Origin: Nannocystis bainbridge
Lineage (GTDB): Bacteria > Myxococcota_A > Polyangia > Nannocystales > Nannocystaceae
Direction of reading: 5' to 3'
Assembly (NCBI RefSeq): GCF_028368995.1
Contig: NZ_JAQNDL010000001.1
Location: 3,328,001 to 3,392,000 of the forward strand
Length of the DNA: 64,000 nt
Below are positions 51,740 through 61,334 of the stretch, in pieces. Every line of letters begins with the position of its first letter. The first letter of the stretch is position 1. The translations under genes were made by a program, and so were the position numbers. The notes beneath the pieces are model-generated. The model was not told the DNA's origin. It did not search any database and saw nothing but the letters and a program-made list of their open reading frames with translations.

Positions 51740-52726
51740 TCACCCGCCGAGCCCCAGCAGCGCCTTGACCTTGCTCGCCACCACCGGGATCTCGTCGCGG
51801 CGGTTGCCCACGTACGCCAGCAGGTTCAGGTCCGAAGTCTGCACCGCCCCGCCGTGATTGAGGAACGCCTGCGTGCGAATGACTTTGTAGAGCTTGACCA
51901 GCTTGCGGTCGCTGACCATCACCTTGTCCTCCGTCTCGAGCGCCCGCACGATCCGCCGCATCTCCGCGAACACCGGTCGCGGGAACCACTGCGCCCGGTC
52001 GCGGCCCGGCTCGCGGCCCATCCCGAAGCTCAGGTCCATGAACCGCTTGAGCTTGAGGAAATCGTCGAGCGACGCCGCCCCGCGGGTCCACGGCTTGTGC
52101 CCGCTCGCCCGGTACGACTCGTTCATCACCCCCGCGTCGATCAGCTCCTCGAAGTGGCGGTCCTTCACCGGCTTCGTCTCGATCTTGAGGATGAAGCGGT
52201 CGGCCATCGCCTCGAGCTCGCTCTGGTCGGGGATGTCGTTGGTCGCCGCGAACAGCATCACCAGCCGCACCGGCGTCGGCTGCCCGTCCTGGTAGAACTT
52301 GCGCTCGTTGAGGATCGTCAGCAGCGTGTTGAGGATCGCCGAGTTCGACTTGAAGATCTCGTCGAGGAACGCCACCCGGCAGTCGGGCAGCATCCCGCGG
52401 GTGCGCCGGAGGTAGCGGCCCTCCTTGAGCACTGCGATGTCGATCGGCCCGAGGATCTCGCTCGGTTCGGTGAACTTCGTCAGCATGTACTCGAAGTAAT
52501 CACCGGCCCCGAGCCCCAGGCTCTCGGTCAGCTTGACCACCAAGTCGCTCTTCGCCGTGCCCGGCGGCCCCACCAGCAGCAGCGGCTCCTGGGCCACCGC
52601 GCACAGGATCGCCAGATCGATCTCCTCGTCGCGGGCCACGAAGTACTCCTTCAGCCCGCGGCGGTGCTGCTGGATCCGCGTGCGGATGTCGTCGATCTCG
52701 GGCTCGAGCTCCTCTAGCGTCCACAT
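51740..52726 (-). CDS. MoxR/RavA family AAA+ ATPase
   Basis: LLVGPPGTAKS, FTEPSEILGP, FLDEIFKSNSAILNTLL and AMADRF. Confidence 0.93.
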   Translation of the reverse strand: MWTLEELEPEIDDIRTRIQQHRRGLKEYFVARDEEIDLAILCAVAQEPLLLVGPPGTAKSDLVVKLTESLGLGAGDYFEYMLTKFTEPSEILGPIDIAVLKEGRYLRRTRGMLPDCRVAFLDEIFKSNSAILNTLLTILNERKFYQDGQPTPVRLVMLFAATNDIPDQSELEAMADRFILKIETKPVKDRHFEELIDAGVMNESYRASGHKPWTRGAASLDDFLKLKRFMDLSFGMGREPGRDRAQWFPRPVFAEMRRIVRALETEDKVMVSDRKLVKLYKVIRTQAFLNHGGAVQTSDLNLLAYVGNRRDEIPVVASKVKALLGLGG

Positions 52727-55700
52727 ACTGCGCTCCAGTCGGTGACGATGCGCCGCCGCAGCGCGTGCTCCTCCTGGTCGAGGAACCCCTGCACGCGGTC
52801 GCTGTGGCGAGTGCGGCTGTCGGCCAGGCTGTCGACGACAGACTCCAAGATCAGGATCTTGTGCGTATCGTAATAGCGGCTGGTGGTGAAGGTGTCGCGG
52901 AACACCGGCAGCTTGGCGACGAACCGGCGGAACCGCTCGACCCGCGGCGAGTTGGGCCAGTGCCGCAGCGCCTGCGCCACCGCCAGCCCGCCCTGGGCCC
53001 GCGTCACGTAGTCTAGCCCGTTGCCGAGCACCTGCGTGCAGAGCGTGTCGAGCACCTCGTCCGCGACCCGCTCCTCGCCGATCTGCACGAACCCGGTCGC
53101 CACCGTCGCCGACAGCGCGATCTGGTCGCCCGACGTGTACGCGTGCACCCGCGCCAGCGCCTCGAGCAGCGCCCGCGCCGGCTCGAGCCCGCCGAACCGC
53201 CGCAGCGCCGCCAGCCCGCGCTGCGTCGCCCGCACCAGCTCGCGCGCCGACCCCAGCTTGTCGCTGCGGGCGATGTTCACCAGCGCCTCGAGCAGGCGCC
53301 CGAGCATCGCGTCGTCGCCCAGGCTCGCCGCCCCGTGGATGCACGCCGCCACCGCCTCCGCGCGGTGGCTCAAGATCTGGATGTTGGCGAGGCCCGGCTC
53401 CGCGTTCGCGAGCACCTCCGCCACCACCGCGTCGCTGCCGCTCGCCAGCGCCCGGCGCACGCACACGTCGACCGCCTCCGCGATCAAGTAATCGAACGAC
53501 CGCGCCCCGGCCGACACCTCGCGCGCCACCACCTCCGCCAGCCCACTCACGTCGACCCCCGGCGGCAGCTTGAAGCGCGTCGCCCGGCTCGCCGCCGCCT
53601 CCTCCACGGGGCCCGTGCGCAGCCACATCGACCGCTTCTGCAGCCACAGCACCGCCTGCTGGGCCCGCGGCTCGCGGATGCCCTCGACGGTCCGCGCCAC
53701 CTCGGCCGCCCACACCTCCGCGCTGCCGCCCGAGCTCTCGTGGGCCAGCCGCGCCATGTACAGCCGGAACAGCGCGCGGTTGGGGATCTCGTGCACGTCG
53801 AGCTCGAGCTCGACCGGCGCCACCAGCTCGTGCGCCAGCCCGCGGGCCCCGAGCCGCGCGAACCCGACGGCGAAGATCAGCCGCAAGAAGGCCGTCGGCG
53901 CGTCCATGTCGGGCAGCCCCGCGTGCACCGCCTCGTGCCACATCGCCTCGAGCGCGATCAGCTGGCCCTGCTGCAGGCGGTCGGCCCGGGCCTCGCTGGT
54001 CTCCTCGCTCGCGTCTTCCCCCTCGCGCGCCAGCGCGTGGCGCACGAACCGCGGCAGGTCGTGCAGCTCGCTCAGCCCGCGCTCGTTGATCCCGCCGAGG
54101 ATCGCCTCCTTCGCCCGCGTGACCCCGAGGCGGTCGCGCGCGTGCCGGTGCCATCCTGCCAGCACCGCCCACGCCAGCCGGCGCGACACCGGCAGCCGCG
54201 GGTCGGCGAAGATCGGCAGCGCCAGCTGCATCAACTCGTCGGCCGGGAACCGCTGCGCCGCCACCCGGGCCACCAGCGACGCGCCCAGCCGGCTCGCCTC
54301 CGCCGGCGTGCGCCGGTCGGCCACCACCCACTCCGTCAACGCGTCGTCCGAATCACTGCCGCGGATCGCGACCATCAATCGCTCGGCCAGCCGCGCGTCG
54401 TACGGCGGCCCCGCGTGCAGCAGCGCCATCTCGAAGCAATCGGCCGCCTCGTCGCCCTCGCCGAGCTCCGCCTTGATCTCGCCCAGCTCCTGCCACACCT
54501 CGGGCTCGTCGCAGCCGCCCGCGACCACCCGCCGCTCGAGCGTGCGCACCTGCTCTCGCAGCGCCCGCAGGTGCGCCGCCGCGTCGAAGTCGACAGCGCT
54601 CGCCACCTCCTCGACCACCTTCGGCTTCGGCGGCGGCGCCCGCTTGATCGGCGCCTCGCGCGGCCCCGGCTTCTTCGGCGCCGGCTGCCGCACCTCCTTC
54701 GGCCACTCGATCGTCACCTCCGGGAACTCGAACACGCTGCGCTCGAGCAGCTTGTCGAGCTCGAGCCGGCGGTCGGTCGCCACGTAGTCGATCCACCGCT
54801 GCAGCGGCTGCTCGTCGACCGCCGCGATCGTCACCACCCGCGGCCCGTCGCGGTCCTCCGTGATCACCACCGCGTGCGCCCGCTCGAGCCCCAGCAGCGC
54901 CCGCAGATCGTCGCGCCGCAGCACCGGCATCAGCCGCCGCCCCGTCGGCACATAAAGATTGTCGGCCCCCGCCACCTGCGAGTAACCCGGTACCCCGAGC
55001 GTATCGCTGACCCGCCCCGCCATGCGCGGCACCCCCGGCCGCACCCGCTCGCGCAGCAGGTACACCGTCCCGTCCGCGCCCGTCAGTCGCCCCACCGTCA
55101 GCCGCGACAGCTCGTCGCTCGTGCTCACCTCGATCAGCGGCTCGAGCTCGAGCAGCTGCTCAGACGTCAGCAGCCACAGATCCGGATCGACCATCGCCGC
55201 CGGCGCCAGCCGGATCGGCACCCGGAACCGCACCTCCGACGCGATCGAAGTCAGCGCCACCCGCGGCGCCTCCAGCTCCGGCGCCACCGCGTCGAGGATC
55301 GCCCGCACCCGCCACTCCGCCGAAGTACGCAGCCACGCGCCGTCGCGGTCGACCAGCGCCGCCTGGTTCGTCCGCGCCAGCGAGGCCGCCGCCGGCCCCG
55401 GGCTCGCATGTTCGAAGGACCAGGCGACCCATAGCGGACTGCCACCATTGCGTCCGTACACCGCGACCTCGTCGCCGCCGTCGCGCGCCGCCATCATCAA
55501 GTAGATCGGCGGCGCCTTGACCTTGACCGCGAAGCGGCCCGCGCCCGCCTCGTCGACGAAGCTCACCACCTGCGCGTCCGAGCGCCCCAGCAAGAGCAGC
55601 CGCTCCAGCAGCCGCCGCGGCGCCTCCGAGTCGCTGCGCATCACGAACAGCGCCTCCTCGACCAGCGGCTCGCCCGGCACCCGCCGCAATCGCAGCGCCT

Positions 55701-56001
55701 CCACCAATCGCGGCGCGCTGCGCTGCTTCCACCAGCTCCAGCGCACCTGCCCCTCGCCGCGCAGCGGCCGGAGCACCAGCGTCTCGTCCTCCTCCGCCGC
55801 CGTCGCCAGCGGCAGCCCGCGCGGCATCAACCTGTCCGCGAGGACAGCATCGAGCGCCTCACAGGCGATCGCGCTGCCCGGCCCCGACATGTCGAGCATC
55901 ACCGACCATGTCCTTTCGGCCAGGAACGGCGCCGCCTCGAGCAGCACCGCCAGCGTCGCCCCGTCGCTCGCCGTCCCTGTCAGCAGCAGGCAGTACCGCA
56001 C
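52714..56001 (-). CDS. Large helical-repeat protein of the ternary system (1095 aa)
   Basis: Long ORF with good codon bias; overlaps the MoxR start; TPR-like segment WQELGEIKAELG..EAADCFEMAL. Confidence 0.75.
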   Translation of the reverse strand: MRYCLLLTGTASDGATLAVLLEAAPFLAERTWSVMLDMSGPGSAIACEALDAVLADRLMPRGLPLATAAEEDETLVLRPLRGEGQVRWSWWKQRSAPRLVEALRLRRVPGEPLVEEALFVMRSDSEAPRRLLERLLLLGRSDAQVVSFVDEAGAGRFAVKVKAPPIYLMMAARDGGDEVAVYGRNGGSPLWVAWSFEHASPGPAAASLARTNQAALVDRDGAWLRTSAEWRVRAILDAVAPELEAPRVALTSIASEVRFRVPIRLAPAAMVDPDLWLLTSEQLLELEPLIEVSTSDELSRLTVGRLTGADGTVYLLRERVRPGVPRMAGRVSDTLGVPGYSQVAGADNLYVPTGRRLMPVLRRDDLRALLGLERAHAVVITEDRDGPRVVTIAAVDEQPLQRWIDYVATDRRLELDKLLERSVFEFPEVTIEWPKEVRQPAPKKPGPREAPIKRAPPPKPKVVEEVASAVDFDAAAHLRALREQVRTLERRVVAGGCDEPEVWQELGEIKAELGEGDEAADCFEMALLHAGPPYDARLAERLMVAIRGSDSDDALTEWVVADRRTPAEASRLGASLVARVAAQRFPADELMQLALPIFADPRLPVSRRLAWAVLAGWHRHARDRLGVTRAKEAILGGINERGLSELHDLPRFVRHALAREGEDASEETSEARADRLQQGQLIALEAMWHEAVHAGLPDMDAPTAFLRLIFAVGFARLGARGLAHELVAPVELELDVHEIPNRALFRLYMARLAHESSGGSAEVWAAEVARTVEGIREPRAQQAVLWLQKRSMWLRTGPVEEAAASRATRFKLPPGVDVSGLAEVVAREVSAGARSFDYLIAEAVDVCVRRALASGSDAVVAEVLANAEPGLANIQILSHRAEAVAACIHGAASLGDDAMLGRLLEALVNIARSDKLGSARELVRATQRGLAALRRFGGLEPARALLEALARVHAYTSGDQIALSATVATGFVQIGEERVADEVLDTLCTQVLGNGLDYVTRAQGGLAVAQALRHWPNSPRVERFRRFVAKLPVFRDTFTTSRYYDTHKILILESVVDSLADSRTRHSDRVQGFLDQEEHALRRRIVTDWSAVCGR

Positions 56002-56023
56002 GATCGCGCTCGCCCGTCTCGCC

Positions 56024-56287
56024 TCAGCCGCGCGCCTTGGCCTTGTCGCGCGCCGCCTCGTCGCTGGCCGCCGCGCCGGCCTTCGGCGCCTTCTCGACCA
56101 CCACCCGGTCGACCGTCATCCCGCCGAGCACCTGCTCGAGCGGCCGACCGATCAGCCGCTCTGCCAGCGCCCGGTGGTCGCGCTCGTGCTCGTGCGGCAG
56201 CGCGTCGCTGTCCGACTCGTAGTGGATCACCACCTCGCGCTCGCCCGTGCGCGGGTTGTGGCGCAGACGGATCGTCACCTCAGCCAT
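56024..56287 (-). CDS. Small conserved-looking protein of the ternary system
   Basis: MAEVTIRLRHNPRTGEREVVIHYESDSDALPHEHERDH; overlaps the FtsH stop; ggagag RBS. Confidence 0.8.
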   Translation of the reverse strand: MAEVTIRLRHNPRTGEREVVIHYESDSDALPHEHERDHRALAERLIGRPLEQVLGGMTVDRVVVEKAPKAGAAASDEAARDKAKARG

Positions 56288-58394
56288 GGCTCTCTCCCTT
56301 CGTCAGCGCGCTCAGCTCGGCGCGGTCGAGCACCTTGCGCGTCAGCAGCGTCTCCGCCAGCGCCTCGAGCAGCCCCCGGTTGCCGGTCAGCAGCGCCTGC
56401 GCCCGCGCCAGCTCCTTCTCGAGGATCTCCGTCACCTCGGCGTCGACCCGCTCGCGGCGGCGCTCCGACATCGGCGTCCCGTGGCGCGGCGTATCGTCGA
56501 GGCGCACCAGCACCCCCGTGCTCGCGCCCATCCCGTACTCCTCGACCATCGCCCGCGCGATGCGGTTGACCTGCTGCAGATCGGTATGCGCCCCGATCGA
56601 CACCTCGCCGAACACCAGCCGCTCCGCGCACATGCCCCCGAGCCCGACGCAGATGTCGGCGCGCATGTCGGCCGCCGTGATCGCGTACGGCCGCGCCCGC
56701 GCCGCGCGCAGCACGTAGCCGAGCGCCCCTTCCATGTCGGCCGCGATCGAGATCCGCTCCGGCGGCGTCGCGTGTTCGACCAGCATCGCCAGCAGCGCGT
56801 GCCCGGCCTCGTGGATCGCCACCACCCGCTCCTCCGACGGGCTCAGCACCACCACCGCCCGCGTCTTGCGTTGCAGCGCGCGGTCGATGTCCTCCGGCGC
56901 GAACTTCTTCTCGCCGGTGCGGATCGCCTGCCGCTTCAGCGCCCGGCACACCGCGTAGATGTGATCGCCCGTGAACGGCAGCCCACGCGCCCGCTCCGCC
57001 AGCCCCTCGGTGCGCCGCACCAGGTGCTCCTGCAGTTCGCGCGACAGCCCCAGCTCGAGCTTGCGGTCGTAGATCTCCACGATCTCGCGCCGGTCCTGCA
57101 CCCCCGGCGCCGGGATCTCGATGAGGAACTCGAACCGCCCCGGCCGCAGCAGCGCCCCGTCGAGGCTCTCCAAGAAGTTCGTCGTCCCGACCACGAACAC
57201 GCTCTCGCTGCCGCGGAACCCGTCCATCTCGGTCAGCAATTGATTCACCATCGAGTGCTCGACCCCCGAGCCCTCGTACGTCCCGCGCGCGTGGGCGAAC
57301 GCGTCGATCTCGTCGAACACGATCACCGCCGGCGCGCTGCGGCGGGCCTGGCGGAACACCCGGCGCAGGTTCTCCTCGCTCTCGCCGACCCACTTCGACT
57401 TCAGCTCCGGCCCCGACACGATGATGACCGTCGCGTCCATCGCCGTCGCCATCGCCTTGGCGAAGTACGTCTTGCCGGTCCCGGGCGGCCCGTGAAAGAT
57501 GATCCCGCGCGGCAGCAGCCCCTCGAGCGCCTGGATCTCGCCCTCGCTGCCGAGGCTGTCCTTGCGCCTCAGCAGGTCGAGCAGCTCCTCGCGCAGCCGC
57601 AGCTTGACCTCCGGATAGCCGCCGATGTCGCGCTCGAGGTCGACGTTGGGCAGCTCGACGTCCTCGCTGACCGTCTGTCGCCGCAGCTCGCGGTACACCT
57701 GCGCCGCCTGCGAGCGGCCCGGCATCGCTTCGCGCCGCAGCCCGACCGCTTGCATGAGCCGCCGCAGCCGCACCGGGTTGAGCCCCGAGACATACTTGTA
57801 GAGCGCGAACGGATCGAACTTGTCGGCGTCGATCGCCCTGGCCTCGCGCTGGGTCACGATCTTGGCCAGCGAATCGCGCGGCACCCCGACGATCTCGCGG
57901 CGGACCGCGAACACCCCCTCGATCACCCGCGGCAGCGGGAAGCTCGGGTCGCGGAAGCCCAGCAGCACCGCCTCCGGGTTCTCGTACAGCAGCGGGATCG
58001 CCTCGCGCGCCTCCATCGTCAGGCTCGTGTGCGTCGTCGTCAGCACGTCGAGGTGCAGCAGCACGATGATCGTGCGCTCGACGCTGCCGCGGATCGCCGT
58101 CGTCAGCTGCGTCAGCATCACCGCCAGGTTGCCGCGGCTCTCCTCGCCCTCGCGCGGGCGCCCGTCGACGATCACGATCTGCGGCCCGCGCTCCCTGCCC
58201 GCCCCGCCGCGCAGCCGCGCGCGCACGGCCAGATACACGTGCAGCGCCAGCTCCTTGTCGCACTCGACCAGCACGCTCATCCCGCGACGCAGCCGCTCCT
58301 CGATGAACGTCACGTCCTGCGCGCATGCCATCTCGACCGCGTCCTCGACCCGCACCTCGCCCGGCAGGCCCTCGATCGGCTCCGTGCGGCGCAC
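56280..58394 (-). CDS. Soluble FtsH-like AAA+ / M41 metalloprotease
   Basis: GPPGTGKT, VIVFDEID, LDGALLRPGRF, HEAGH and GAHTDL...ARAMVEEYGM; no TM segments. Confidence 0.92.
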   Translation of the reverse strand: MRRTEPIEGLPGEVRVEDAVEMACAQDVTFIEERLRRGMSVLVECDKELALHVYLAVRARLRGGAGRERGPQIVIVDGRPREGEESRGNLAVMLTQLTTAIRGSVERTIIVLLHLDVLTTTHTSLTMEAREAIPLLYENPEAVLLGFRDPSFPLPRVIEGVFAVRREIVGVPRDSLAKIVTQREARAIDADKFDPFALYKYVSGLNPVRLRRLMQAVGLRREAMPGRSQAAQVYRELRRQTVSEDVELPNVDLERDIGGYPEVKLRLREELLDLLRRKDSLGSEGEIQALEGLLPRGIIFHGPPGTGKTYFAKAMATAMDATVIIVSGPELKSKWVGESEENLRRVFRQARRSAPAVIVFDEIDAFAHARGTYEGSGVEHSMVNQLLTEMDGFRGSESVFVVGTTNFLESLDGALLRPGRFEFLIEIPAPGVQDRREIVEIYDRKLELGLSRELQEHLVRRTEGLAERARGLPFTGDHIYAVCRALKRQAIRTGEKKFAPEDIDRALQRKTRAVVVLSPSEERVVAIHEAGHALLAMLVEHATPPERISIAADMEGALGYVLRAARARPYAITAADMRADICVGLGGMCAERLVFGEVSIGAHTDLQQVNRIARAMVEEYGMGASTGVLVRLDDTPRHGTPMSERRRERVDAEVTEILEKELARAQALLTGNRGLLEALAETLLTRKVLDRAELSALTKGESHG

Positions 58395-58395
58395 G

Positions 58396-58947
58396 CTAGA
58401 CCCGCACCTTGATCGTCAGCTCGAGCTCGCCGTCGGCCCCGCGGCCCTCGTGCACGCTCTCGATCTGGCCCATCGACGCCGCCTTCTGGCGCAGCGCCTC
58501 GGCGTAGACCTTCTGCAGCGCCGCCTGCAGCTCGCCGCGGATCTCGCCCTCGTGCGCGCCGAGCCGCCGCGCGACCTCCTGCGCCAGGTCGCGCTCCGCT
58601 CGCTTGCCCGCCGCGTCCAGCTTCGACGCCGCCTGCGCCTCGCTGGTCGCCCGCGTCGTCACCTGCTTCGACGCCGCCGCGCGCACCGTCACCGTGCGGC
58701 CGTCGGGCGAAAGCGTCACCGCGACCTCGCCGAACTGGCGCGCCATCGAATTGTCCTGCTCCTCGGACCAGCCGGCCGCCGCCAGCTGCTCGCGCAGCAG
58801 CGCCGTCATCGCCCCCTCGGGCAGGATCTCGAGCATCCCGACGTCCATCTCGATCGCGTCGGTCGTCTCGACCTGTCGCGAGGCGTCGTGATACGTGACC
58901 GGTCGCCAGTTCGGATCGCTGATGCGAATGCGGTACCCTCGGCTCAC
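58396..58947 (-). CDS. Hypothetical protein of the ternary system
   Basis: gaggagg RBS; MSRGYRI...ALRQKAASMGQIESV...ELTIKVRV; abuts the FtsH gene. Confidence 0.8.
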   Translation of the reverse strand: MSRGYRIRISDPNWRPVTYHDASRQVETTDAIEMDVGMLEILPEGAMTALLREQLAAAGWSEEQDNSMARQFGEVAVTLSPDGRTVTVRAAASKQVTTRATSEAQAASKLDAAGKRAERDLAQEVARRLGAHEGEIRGELQAALQKVYAEALRQKAASMGQIESVHEGRGADGELELTIKVRV

Positions 58948-59282
58948 GCTGCCTCCTCGCGGTCGCTCATCCTAACCGACCCGCGCGCGCCCTGGCGAGG
59001 CCAAACGCCAGCATCGACGCGCGCCAGCGACCACGACCTGGCCGACACCACCGCGCACGTCACATCAGGCGGCCGGCGACTCAGCTCGACGCGTCGCCAG
59101 CGCGCCCCGGGATCCTCGATGCGGGTCCACCCGCATCCTTCGCACGCCCCGCGACAGACCTCGCTCGCGGACCGCAGAGCAAGCCATCACGCGCCCCTCG
59201 CGGATCGCACCGCCTCACGCCCGCCTCGTCGAAAGCTGTCCCTTGCGACATGTCTCATCGGGCTTGTCACATGACCGCTCGT

Positions 59283-60389
59283 TCACCCGAGCCGCCCCGT
59301 CAGCGCCCGCGACAGCGCGTCGAGGCGCCCCAGGTGCGGCCGCAGCAGCGAATCGTGGAGCTCGAGATACACCTGTGATTCTTCGTAGCGGCGATCGCCG
59401 AACGCGTGCCGCGTCATCGCCTCGCGCAGCCCTGCCAGCCGCTCGCCCAGCCCGACGATGCGCGCCAGGGCGCGCCGCAGCGCGTCCTGTTGCGAGCGCA
59501 GCGCCAGCCCCGAATCGACGACCAGCCGCGCCGCCACCATCGCCGGCGGATCGGCCCACTCGCCGGTCGCCAGGCGGCCCAGCGCCACCACCAGCGGCCG
59601 CGCCAGGTCGAGCCGCGCGCGAAAGTCGATCGCGTGCACGAATTCCTCGAGCACCCGCGCGGCCGTCAGCAGCCGCTCGGCCCGCTCCTCGCCCGGCGAC
59701 CAGCGCATGCAGCGACCGATCTGCTCCGCCCACTGGTCCGCCAGCACGTCGTCGAGGCACTCGAGCAGCACCACCTGCGGCCCCTCGAGCAGCAGCGCCG
59801 GCTTGCCCGCCGACTCCTCGCCGTCGACCTGGCGCGACCAGTCCTCGAGCGCGAACAACGTCGCCAGCGGCGAACCCAGACACAGCCGGCGCCCCAGGTC
59901 TTCGCGGATCTCCCGCGGCATGTTGGCGCGCGCCAGGTGGCGCACCGCCAATGCGTAGACCAGCCAATCACCGGTGTCGGTCCCCGCGATCTTGATGATG
60001 CGCTTGATCTGCCGCCGCGCCCGCCGCGAGCTGCCCTCGCCCTCCACCACCTCGGTGGGCCGGGCGATCTCCGCCAGCCGCTGCGTCGCCTGCACCCACA
60101 GCTCGTATGTCGCCTCGGTGAAGCGCAGGCGAAAGCCCTCGCTGCGGGCCGCGTCCCAGATCCGTCCGCGCACGCGACGACCGCGGCGCAGCACCACGCG
60201 CTCGCGCCGACCCGACTCGACCAGCAGGCGCAGGCACGTCACCGCGATCCTTCGCCCCGCCACCTCGGCCACCTCCGCGCGCGGCTGCGACACCGGATGC
60301 GTCGGCACGATCCGGACCGGCCGCCCGCGGATCAGCATGTCGAGCACCTCGAGCGCGTGCCCCTCGTCGACGCTGACGGACAGGCTCAT
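59283..60389 (-). CDS. Hypothetical protein of the ternary system
   Basis: ATGA overlap with the radical SAM gene; 368-aa helical ORF. Confidence 0.75.
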   Translation of the reverse strand: MSLSVSVDEGHALEVLDMLIRGRPVRIVPTHPVSQPRAEVAEVAGRRIAVTCLRLLVESGRRERVVLRRGRRVRGRIWDAARSEGFRLRFTEATYELWVQATQRLAEIARPTEVVEGEGSSRRARRQIKRIIKIAGTDTGDWLVYALAVRHLARANMPREIREDLGRRLCLGSPLATLFALEDWSRQVDGEESAGKPALLLEGPQVVLLECLDDVLADQWAEQIGRCMRWSPGEERAERLLTAARVLEEFVHAIDFRARLDLARPLVVALGRLATGEWADPPAMVAARLVVDSGLALRSQQDALRRALARIVGLGERLAGLREAMTRHAFGDRRYEESQVYLELHDSLLRPHLGRLDALSRALTGRLG

Positions 60390-60979
60390 CGCGTCACCCG
60401 CGTGCGCGGCCCCAGCAGCGGCCAACCATTGAGCGTGATCTCGCCGCCGCGGATCCGCAGCTCCACCGTATTGCCGCCCGCGAACTTCGGATCGTCCTGC
60501 GCATAACGATCGCTCAAGAAATGCAGCACCTGGTTGTCCGAGCCGATGAAGCGCCGCGTCTGCGAGCGCGCCTTGGCCTCGAAGCGCCCGTCGACCAGCA
60601 GGTCGGTCGCCGCCAGCAGCCGCGCCGCCGCCGGTCCGCGCGCCTGCAGCTCCGCCAGCGTGTAGCCCGAGAAGATCATCACCGACAGCCCGCGCGCCCG
60701 CACCCCCTCGGCCAGCGGCGCCAGCCCCTCCGCCTGCGCGAACGGCTCGCCGCCGAGCAGCGACACCCCCTCGGCCCCCGAATCACATGCCTCTTCGACC
60801 AGGTCCACCACGCGCCGCCGCGTCGCCCCCTCGCCGCCGAACTCGAGCATCTCCGGGTTGCAGCAGCCGACGCAGCGCAGCGCACAACCCTGCACCCACA
60901 CCGCATAGCGCACCCCCGGCCCCTCCGCCTCGGTACGCGGCACGATCATCGCCACCTCGATCGTCGCCTCGTCCGCCAT
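60386..60979 (-). CDS. Radical SAM protein (NrdG/activase-like)
   Basis: EGPGVRYAVWVQGCALRCVGC, GVSLLGGEPF, DLLVDGRF and GSDNQ. Confidence 0.9.
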   Translation of the reverse strand: MADEATIEVAMIVPRTEAEGPGVRYAVWVQGCALRCVGCCNPEMLEFGGEGATRRRVVDLVEEACDSGAEGVSLLGGEPFAQAEGLAPLAEGVRARGLSVMIFSGYTLAELQARGPAAARLLAATDLLVDGRFEAKARSQTRRFIGSDNQVLHFLSDRYAQDDPKFAGGNTVELRIRGGEITLNGWPLLGPRTRVTR

Positions 60980-61086
60980 CGCCGCGCCCAGCGTATCACG
61001 ACCTCACACGCGGCCGACCCGCGTCACACGCTCCACGCCGCCGACCACGAGCGCCTCTATCCCCGTCGCCGCGCGCGGTCGGCCCT

Positions 61087-61325
61087 CGCGATCACACCGC
61101 CGACCGCAAGCGTCGAGGACGCGCCAACGCCCTGGTGTATCATCCTCGCCGCGCGCTGCCGGCCCACGCCACGCGATCGTGCCTCCGACCGCGAGCATCG
61201 AGGACGCGCCAGCACCTGGCATCCTCGCCGCGCACTGCCGGCCCGCGCCACGCGATCGTGCCTCCGACCGCGAGCATCGAGGACGCGCGAGCGCCCTGGT
61301 GTATCATCCTCGCCGCGCGCTGCCG
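61087..61325. repeat. Three tandem ~80-bp imperfect repeats in a divergent promoter region
   Basis: Units start at 61087, 61172 and 61251 (cgcgatc...gaggacgcg...catcctcgccgcgc.ctgccg). Confidence 0.85.
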
Positions 61326-61334
61326 CGCTCGTCC

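Noticed and set aside
56280-58394. Calling this housekeeping ftsH
   Set aside because: It has no TM or periplasmic domain and carries an extra N-terminal domain.
60386-60979. Calling the radical SAM gene nrdG
   Set aside because: No nrdD is nearby and the context is the FtsH/MoxR operon.
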